This document shows, in pieces, positions 55,317 to 64,000 of a stretch of DNA of 64,000 nt (positions are counted from its first letter, which is position 1; each line of letters opens with the position of its first letter). The stretch covers positions 806,001 through 870,000 of the forward strand of contig JBNZDD010013726.1 in NCBI GenBank assembly GCA_050575255.1. Direction: 5' to 3'. Below the pieces are notes generated by a model, which did not search any database, was not told the DNA's origin, and saw nothing but the letters and a program-made list of their open reading frames with translations. A program made the position numbers and the translations under genes. The DNA is from Harriotta raleighana. Lineage: Eukaryota.

Positions 55317-56478
55317 CAGTAAAGGCCCATTTATCTGTGACCCGATCAACTGTAACTTCCGTATAACCGGCACCTAAAAAAAGATCCCCATTCGAATAAC
55401 CGGATCTTATCCAGCAGAATCGCAGTGGCATATTTAATGAGTCGATAGTCGCACGAGAGTACAGTACGATTAGTTCTGAATGCTGCTAATTTTTGCTCTT
55501 AAAGTGGCACTGTCAGTTTTTCCTCTCCCTCTCCTTTTTTTCTCTCTCCTTTTTCTTTTTCTGTCTCTCCCTTTCTCTTTCTATCTCGTCCCCATTCTTT
55601 CTTTCCCTCTCTCTGATGGATACTATGTATTGCCTGTGTAGTCTGACTGTATAGTTGGTTTATACATTATTTTGGTGGGGGGTGGAGTGGGAGAAGGAGA
55701 GAGAGATAGGGAGAGAGAGGGTGGGAGGGAAAGAGGGGAGGAGAAAGAGAGAGGAGTGGGAGGAGGAGAGAGAGTTGGGTGAGTTGATTAATTTAGATGG
55801 AAAATGAGAGGAGTGGAGGGGTGTTNGTCTCTCCCTTTCTCTTTCTATCTCGTCCCCATTCTTTCTTTCCCTCTCTCTGATGGATACTATGTATTGCCTG
55901 TGTAGTCTGACTGTATAGTTGGTTTATACATTATTTTGGTGGGGGGTGGAGTGGGAGAAGGAGAGAGAGATAGGGAGAGAGAGGGTGGGAGGGAAAGAGG
56001 GGAGGAGAAAGAGAGAGGAGTGGGAGGAGGAGAGAGAGTTGGGTGAGTTGATTAATTTAGATGGAAAATGAGAGGAGTGGAGGGGTGTTGGGTTTTGAGC
56101 CATTGAGATGCCAGACTGACTGAATGTATGTGTGAAAGAGAGAGAGAGGGAAGGAGGGAGAGAAAGAAAGAAAAAAAGGGGGAAAAACCGCCAGTGCCAT
56201 TTTAAGAGGAAAAAACTCTTCCGTCCGCCATTGTAGAAGTTTGCTTTGTGATTGTGTGCTGTGGTTATAGACTGTAATTGATATTTATTGCTTTATTGGT
56301 AAGTATCCTTCAATAATCTGTGATATTTAGTCTTTTATTAATATGGTATGTTTAAAAAAAAAATCTTTTTTTGTGTTGGGTTTTCGGCGTCGATATTCGA
56401 CCATATTCGAATGTCTGGCATGCCGTTTAACTGGCATTGGTCAGGTCCCAAGGGTGCCGCATAAACAGGGTATTACTG
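55317..56478. mobile_element. Tigger/pogo-like non-autonomous DNA element related to the MITE at 2307 (opposite orientation), with an internal CT/GA-rich insert
   Basis: TA|CAGTAAA...TTACTG|TA termini. The right end TGCCGTTTAACTGGCATTGGTCAGGTCCCAAGGGTGCCGCATAAACAGGG matches 2993-3049. 55563-55825 is duplicated at 55827-56089 around an N (artefact). Confidence 0.65.
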
Positions 56479-58561
56479 TATTACTGTCCTCAAGAGAATG
56501 AAACATCATTGAACCTGAGGTAAAATGACTCATTTATACAGTTCCATCTGCATAATACAGCTCATTAATCAGAATTTTAGGTGAATGGATGTGGTTTCAG
56601 GCAACATTTCATTTAATTGCTGCAAGTTTAGGACTTTAAACTTGAAAGCTCCTAATGGAATTCAAGTGGAGACATTTTGCACATTCTTGAGGTCTAGACT
56701 CTAAAACCATCACATCGCTTAATTGTAATTGCCCCTTAGAAAGAAGATAACCACACATATTTTGTCATGTTTTGGAAATTATAATAATAATAATCTCTGC
56801 ATTTGATAACATTGTTGTTTTTTATTTTTGTTAGTATTTTATGCAGTTTTTCTGTACCCTTTGCTCTCCTTATGCTGCAGTGATCAGGTGGTGTGTTCTT
56901 GAGTGTCCGCTGATGTTATTCTGTAACCAGCAAGGAGATCCATAAAAATGCCCAAGGGTGACTATCATTTTCCAAATTGATTTGTATCAAATCCAAATTC
57001 ACTAAATACCTCTGAACTACACCTAAAACCCCAGGGATAGTTAATTTAATCTTGGGTATTGAAAGAGTAAAGAACCGCTTTTCATGTTTTCAAATCTGAT
57101 TTCAAGCATTTTGAAAAAATAGCTTGGGTTAATGGCTTTGACTTGTCAGCCAAAGTTATTTTTAGTCTCAGCTCAACAAAGGCTCCATTTGTGTACTGAA
57201 AGTTTTCAGACTCAAAATCCCCATAAAAAATGTTAATTATTCTCCCATTACATTGAGCAATAAATGTCTTTTCTAGCTTTTAGAAGGAACCAGTTATTAC
57301 AATGAAGCTCCATTAAAGCTTTTAAATGTTGCTGCTATAATGGTGCCTTCATAAATTTTTACAGATAAGCAAGCACAAAGATAACCCAAGGAAACCAAAC
57401 AGTTTTGGGAAAATATTCAAAATGTCTCCGTGTGGAAAAACTTCAGAACTGACATAACATATGTTTACAAAAAGATTTTATTAACAATTCTTTATCTAAT
57501 ATCTAAACCGGCATTTCAGGTTGTGAATAAAGCTCCAGTTTTGGGTTGAAGGTCCCAATCCAATTCAAAGATTAAGCTTCATATGACAATCAAACAGGCT
57601 CTCTTGAAATTGGACTGTTTGCAACATGAGGGAATATGTTTCCAACTTAAAAATGTACCTAACAGCGCAAGATTGGTTTGGATGAACAAGACCCTTCAGT
57701 CCATCTTGTCTCGTCCTTCCAGAATATCCACCCCACTGTCCTCGCATCACAGCATCAAGCTTTGTTTTTTTAATGAATCCATGTCCTGGCTTCAACCCAG
57801 CCACATTCAACAGAACAAATATAGTATTTTTAAAAGAAGGGAGTTTCTCTCAGTGTCTTGGCCAACAATATCCAAAAATAAAAACTGATCATTCAGTTCA
57901 TGGCTGTTTGTGGAAAATTGCAGTGTGCAAATTAGCTGCCATATTTTGCCCACGAAACAGTCACCATACTTCACAATGTGAAGTGATGACGTGTAATGTG
58001 CTGTGCCAAATATAAGTACTATTATTATTTATTCAACAGTGGAGATTACAAACCACGGCAGCAAACCCAAATTCATCTCAATGGTAGTCCTAGCATTTCA
58101 GAGGGTGTGTTTTTTATTCATCGTCTCAGATGGAATGCAATGCTTCAGTGCAAATATTCTATCGTTGAAGGTCTCTCTCCCACACCATTGCTAATAATTT
58201 CACAAACCTCAGTTTTAAAGGTCAATAACTATGGAGGACATCAGGAGTGGGAGCCTAAATGGGAATTTGGGAAGATTAAAAATATATATGTTATATACAA
58301 ATACAGTCACTTTTACACTTTACGGTAAATTCCTCTGAAGCACTTTTGATAACGTGATAGGGGGATATTCAAATATGATTAATGAATTATGTTGCAATTT
58401 TTCTGAACAATAAATCATATCTGTTTTATAGAATGAAAAGTATTGTCAGAACATTAGTGAAATTTGATTTGTGTTGCATTCAGTACCTGTGCATATGAGA
58501 TCTGTGTAAAGCAGAGAGGGGTATGTGATTATTTACTGTAACAATTTTGATCATGAACATT

Positions 58562-58872
58562 ATAATAACCCTTGCATTATAACATATAACGTCCTTCATG
58601 TCTTCTAGATGTCTCAAAGCGCTTCACAGAATATACTGTAAAGTGAATTGTCTGTACATTTTTGGACGAAATGTGGCAGCCAATTGGGCACAGCAGTGTA
58701 CCACCAACAGCGTTGATTGAAATGAAAAAATTCTTATTGTTTTTTTTTCTTGAATGATTATTAGCAGCCATGTGGAGTCAGTGAACTTGCCCAAGGTTTT
58801 GTCCTGCCTGGATTCGGACCCAGGTCTCTCGCTTGTAAGGTGAGTGTTCTAACCACTGAGCTGCATGACTCC
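58562..58872 (-). mobile_element. tRNA-derived Deu-domain SINE
   Basis: Reverse-oriented family copy. Confidence 0.85.
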
Positions 58873-58889
58873 ATATTAATCGTTTACAA

Positions 58890-59222
58890 GTACTCCATCA
58901 ATGCCATTAGTCAGAGGTAGGACTCTCACCTTTGGATCAGAAGGTTGTGGGTTCCAGCCCCACATCAAATTCACGTCTAAGCTGAAACACCAGTGCAGTG
59001 CTGGTGGTGCCTTTCTTCGCACAGAATGTTAAACCAAGGTTCCCATCTGCCTGTTCAGATGGATGGTAAAGATCCAACGACACAAAAACAGGAAGGAATC
59101 TCCCCTTGTGTCCAGCCAAAAATCCCCGGAAATAAAATTGGTTATGCATTTCATGGCTATTTGTGCGACATTGTTCAAACATGAAAGGTGCTACACCACA
59201 TGCAAGCACTATTATTATTTAT
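58890..59222 (+). mobile_element. Old long Deu-domain SINE (SacSINE1-like)
   Basis: tRNA-like head (TCAGAAGGTTGTGGGTTCCAGCCCCAC) followed by the GTTAAACCAAGGTTCCCATCTGCCTGTTCAGATGGA core. Confidence 0.65.
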
Positions 59223-60727
59223 TAGGTTCCTGATGCCAGCAGAAAATGTTTTGTGAGTTCTCATAAAAGTATAAGATAAAAGTAGCAGTGCTTGAAACCC
59301 ACTTTTGCACAGTTGTGCAAAAGATCCAAATGTTAGGTAATCTACAGTGATTATTACCCTGGGGCATGGCATTCTACTGGTTGAAATAATCACTATCAAT
59401 AAATCCCAATGTGGTACAGAGCCAAAAGACTGAATGCAGTCCTTGTAAAATGAGCCCAATATATGTTTGAATCTTAAAATGGTAGATTTGAATCTGTGAA
59501 GGGCATTATGATTTTGGAGCTTATTGGTGCCACAGCCAGAAAATCCTCCACTTGGTGGGGAGTTGGGTGGTGGGGGTGGTGGTTCTTAACAATTAATGGG
59601 TTAGCAGATGTGTGCATGGGTATTGGTAGAGTGATAACTGCAGAATTCGGAGATGTGAAGTACTTGCCCAAGTCCAGAGATCTCAGTTTTTAATTTAGAA
59701 AATTTGTTTTTTAATGACTTCTTTTTACGGAGATGGATTAACCTTTCACCATACAATGGTCCCCACAGAACACTGTATTAAACTTGTGCACGGTTTTATA
59801 TCCAAAGTTATTAAAAGCAGAACCAGACTTCTTTATTAAAAATATTCATCGATCAGCTTTAAAAACATTGTGTTACTCATGGGTGAATTTTCTACAACAC
59901 AAATTCTTGAATGCCAAATCCTAATACAGAAAATTAGATTTATTTTTATCAACAGAATAATTTAGTTTAAAACAATTTTATTGAGTGAATATTTTTGCTT
60001 CAGTTACTCCATAATCCTAAATGTTATAAAAGGAAATTGCCTCAGAGTTATCAATATCTCTAATCCAAATCCTACTGCCAAGTTTTAAATTTTAAATTTT
60101 ATTAGGTTTTACATTTCCGCAATCCAAGCAAAATCTCGTTAACACAAACAAAAGGCAAGTTAAATTACTTGTTTAATATGGTCTTTGTAGACCAAGAAAA
60201 TTCCCTGGGGATGGATAAACACTCTTGTGGTCTTGAACTTTCTTGAATTCACCTGCTGTGATATTCTGAAATTGTATTGGTCAGCAGTTTTCAAGCACAA
60301 AATGAAAAATACACACTGAAGAACTGTAGACAAATCATTCAGAGTCCCAGGAGTGGGCTGACCTGATAAATAAATGGCAAGTGATGAAATATTTGAATTA
60401 AGGTCAGCACCACAAGTGAAATATTGATCATATCCCATAGCTCCTGCTGCTGCATTCTGGTTGTCCCATGAGATTGGTCTCTCAATTTATTCTGATCAGT
60501 TGTATGTGGTTTCTAATTGGGTCTTGGAACTGATAGTAATTTAAGAGAACATTGAAATTTTGCATCGGAAGTATTCCAAAATTTCAAGATGAAAGGATTA
60601 ACCAGAATTGATTATATCACACAGCTTTATTAGTTAGCAAGTGTTGCCTTCTTCCAAATATTAAAATGATTTAGTTTCTACTTAGGACTGAGTTTGTTGG
60701 TATGTGAAAGTTGCTATACAAATGTAT

Positions 60728-62215
60728 TCATAGAATGTTACGGCACAGAAGGAGGCCATTTGGCCCATCGAGTCTGTGCCGGCTCTTTGACAGAGCAATG
60801 TCACTTTCCTTAACCCCAATCACCAGCTTTCTCCCCTTAACCCTGAAAACCCATCTTCCCCAGATATCTATCTAGTTCTCTCTTAAAAGCTGCTATCGAA
60901 TCGGACCTCACTACCCTTTCAGGCAGATCATTCCAAATTCGAACAACTCGCTGAGTAAAAAAAATTATTCTAACCTCCCCTCTGCTTCTTTTGGTAGATA
61001 TCTTAAGACTGTGATCACGGGTCACAGACACACCTACCAGGGGAAACAGCTTTTTCCTATCTAGCCTGTCGAAACCTTTCATGATCTTGAAGATCTCTAT
61101 CAGGTCCCCGCGTAACCTTCTCTGCTCTAATGGGAAAAGTCCTAACTTCTCCAGCCTGTCCTCATCATAGCTAAGGTTCCCCATTCCTGATATCATTCTC
61201 GTGAATCTCCTCTGCATCCATTCCAGTGCCTTAATGTCCTTCCTGAAGTAAGGTGCCCAGAACTGGACGCAGTATTCCAGCTGAGGTCTAAGCAGTGTTT
61301 TGTATAGATTAATCATAACCTCCCTACTCTTATACTCTATACCCCTATTAATAAAGCTCAGTACACCAAATGCCTTTTTTACTGCCTTATCTACCTGCCC
61401 TGCTACCTTTAATGATTCGCTTACTTGAACACCCAGATCTCTCTGTACGTTCACCCCCCTTAAGATTGAGCTACCAAGTCTATATTGCCTCCTATCATTT
61501 TTCCTACCTAAGTGTATGACCTCACACTTATCCACATTGAAATCCATCTGCCACATGTCAGCCCATTCCACCATTCTGTGTATTCTGCTTGCAGTTAGTT
61601 ACAGTCCTCCTCACTATTTACTACCCTACCTAACTTTGTATCATCTGCAAACTTGGAAATAGTGCTCTTTATCCCCAAGTCCAGATCATTAATATATATC
61701 AGAAAGAGCAGTGGTCCCAATACTGATCCCTGGGGGACACCGCTGCACATCTCCTTCCATTTCGAGAAACACCCATTAACCACCACCCTCTGCTTTCTGT
61801 CACTCAGTTCTTAATCCAAACTGCCACTGTCCCCTTAATACCGTGGGCCTCTCATTTTTTTATTAATCTCTTATATGGTACTGTGTGAAAAACCTTTTTG
61901 AAATCCATGTGAATAACGTCCACCGCATTTCCTTCATCAACCCTCGCAGTCACCTCTTCAAAACATTCTATTATATTTGTTAGGCAAGATTTGCCTTTAA
62001 CAAATCCATGTTGGCTATCTCTAATTACCTTGTGTTCCTCCAAGTAGAGATTTATTCTGTCCCGGATTATGGTCTCCAATAGTTTTCTTATTACTGAAGT
62101 AAGGCTGACTGGCCTGTAATTTCTGCCCCTTTTGTAGAGGGGGTAACAGTAGCCACTCTCCAGTCTCTTGACACCACTCCTGTGTCCAATGAAGATTGAA
62201 ATATAATGGCCAAAG
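60728..62215 (-). mobile_element. 5'-truncated CR1 LINE (RT domain with frameshifts and stops, plus 3' UTR)
   Basis: Motifs [69 protein letters not shown] and RPQLEYCVQFWAP, spread across three ORFs. Confidence 0.96.
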
Positions 62216-62358
62216 TTGTTCAAGGCAATTCTCCTGGGAGGGGGTGGGTGATGGGCAAACGAATAAGTGACAATGGAATGTCTGGCAATGTTTGATAGTG
62301 GAACGTCAGAATTGAGGGAACCCTTTGTGGTGGTCTTGGTAATCCGGTTCCTGACATG

Positions 62359-62727
62359 GGACACTGTGCTCCAGGACACTGTGCTCCAGGACACTGTGCC
62401 CCAGGACACTGTGCTCCAGGACACTGTGCTCCAGGACACTGTGCCCCAGGACACTGTGCCCCAGGACACTGTGCCCCAGGACACTGTGCCCCAGGACACT
62501 GTGCCCCAGGACACTGTGCTCCAGGACACTGTGCTCCAGGACACTGTGCTCCAGGACACTGTGCTCCAGGACACTGTGCTCCAGGACACTGTGCTCCAGG
62601 ACACTGTGCTCCAGGACACTGTGCTCCAGGACACTGTGCTCCAGGACACTGTGCTCCAGGACACTGTGCCCCAGGACACTGTGCCCCAGGACACTGTGCT
62701 CCAGGACACTGTGCTCCAGGACACTGC
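62359..62727. repeat. 15-bp minisatellite GGACACTGTGC(T/C)CCA, 24 units plus a partial unit
   Basis: Counted directly. There are two unit variants (16 T, 8 C) and no spacers. Confidence 0.98.
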
Positions 62728-63226
62728 TGATGACAGCCTAGCCAGGAATGGATCATAGGTAGGATTTGGAAAGGCAGATCGGTCATTGGGTAGGGACTGT
62801 TTCCAACTGCTCAGCTTTCACTCTTGCATTATCCTTGAAAAGGAAAGGGAAAATGAACACCTTGGGACGTCCTCCCAATGTGAAGGGGGCTCTATAAATA
62901 TAATTTGGATGTTGTTGTTGTATCCCTGCAAGCCAAAGTCCTCATGGGTAGGGTGATCCTAGCTGGACAACCGGCCAGAAAGCTTGCCAGACAGTGCTAT
63001 CAATGGCAAACTATACGGTTTCAGCTGGATGGACTGCAGCAGTATCCTGACACATGTAATGGAGTACCTTAGCTTTGGCGCTTTGGTACCTCTACCTAAT
63101 ACTCTCCAGAATTAGATAAACAGGATGCATCCATCCAGATAGAGAGTGCAAGTTCCATTCCAATTAATCTCTATAATTTCTATGTATAGGGGGATACATG
63201 TTTGGTTTGGATACTCATAAGCATGG

Positions 63227-63967
63227 TGTTGGGATATGGAGGTATTAATAATAATAATTATAGTTAGTTCCAATCAGACAACAATTAAAACAATCTATTA
63301 ACAACATAGGCATAATCAGTAATCTTGAGCAAAAGGGAGAGAAGCAACTTATCTGCACAAAACACCAGATGGATATCGGGGAGTAAAGGTTCAATTTGGG
63401 AAATTGCCAAGTGAGTAGCAGGAGAGCCATCTCAAGGTCTGGGAAAAGAAGGGAGGCAAACAACTCCCTACAAACCTGGCCTTTTAATTGTCTGGTTTTG
63501 ATATCGCTTCTGGACAATGTCCAAGTGATCAACTGGCTGAGTTAGTTATAATGAGGCTGGTGAGAAGTATAAAGATTGGAGAGAAAGAGTGGCTCATTAC
63601 AACAGTTGGGGATTGTCTCAAGGTAAACTGAGATCTCCAGCCTGCCACTGTTGTCCAGAACTACTAGAATGGATCATAGTTCCAGTTGTTCTGTTTAAAG
63701 ACAGGTAAGGGTCAGTTAGAGAAAGGAATACAGTATAATTGGGGTACCATCAGAGAAAGGGACAGAGAGGGTAAGTATTGTGAGAAGCCTGAATCTGATT
63801 TATGGTGTACCAGCTTGTAACTAGCTTTAACTGATAGTATGTTTTATTTCTCTTTCACTTTGTTTTAATTATTTGTATATCTCTCAAAAGTACTAATTGT
63901 AATAAAATCATTTACACCTGTACCAAGGATTGGTGGACCCTGACTCTCGGGATCTAGAATCCCAATA
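63227..63967 (+). mobile_element. 5' LTR (741 bp) of an endogenous retrovirus or LTR retroelement
   Basis: Terminal inverted repeat TGTTGGGAT...ATCCCAATA (8/9), TATAAA at 63568-63573, AATAAA at 63901-63906, and a PBS 3 nt downstream. Confidence 0.8.
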
Positions 63968-63970
63968 AAT

Positions 63971-63988
63971 TGGTGACCACGAAGGGAC
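63971..63988 (+). promoter_or_regulatory. Retroviral primer-binding site complementary to tRNA-Arg
   Basis: TGGTGACCACGAAGGGAC matches 17/18 to TGGCGACCACGAAGGGAC, the complement of the vertebrate tRNA-Arg(TCG) 3' end GUCCCUUCGUGGUCGCCA (tRNA sequence from memory). The mismatch is CpG>TpG-like. Confidence 0.85.
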
Positions 63989-64000
63989 CCAACAGTAGAT

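Noticed and set aside
60837-61574. 245-aa ORF as a host gene or active retrotransposon
   Set aside because: It is the C-terminal part of a 5'-truncated CR1 ORF2, broken by frameshifts and stops and lacking the endonuclease and ORF1.
62359-62727. CRISPR array or repetitive structural protein, (GHCAP)n or (CPGAQ)n
   Set aside because: The units are head-to-tail with no spacers, in a vertebrate context. The ORFs exist only because the 15-mer lacks stops in all frames, and there are no evident splice signals or gene context.

Overview
This window is vertebrate nuclear DNA. The repeat content suggests a cartilaginous fish such as elephant shark; that assignment is inferred, not shown. The first ~10.6 kb holds the last three coding exons and long 3' UTR of SGPL1 (+). 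Facing it tail-to-tail is a complete four-exon PCBD1/DCoH gene (-, 103 aa), the same arrangement as in human. In the remaining ~53 kb I recognise no host gene. It contains tRNA-headed Deu-domain SINEs, L2 and CR1 LINE fragments, Tigger/pogo-like MITEs, Penelope-type terminal-repeat relics with hammerhead-like cores, a 15-bp minisatellite and several candidate conserved non-coding elements. Duplications flanking single Ns look like assembly artefacts. The most notable item is at the right edge: a 741-bp LTR (63227-63967) followed by a tRNA-Arg primer-binding site, i.e. the 5' end of a provirus continuing past the window. Its LTR has a long predicted R region that starts with a bulged, TAR-like hairpin and contains consensus splice donors. 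Most ORFs in the supplied track are spurious or repeat-derived. I see no evidence for a wholly new multi-gene system.
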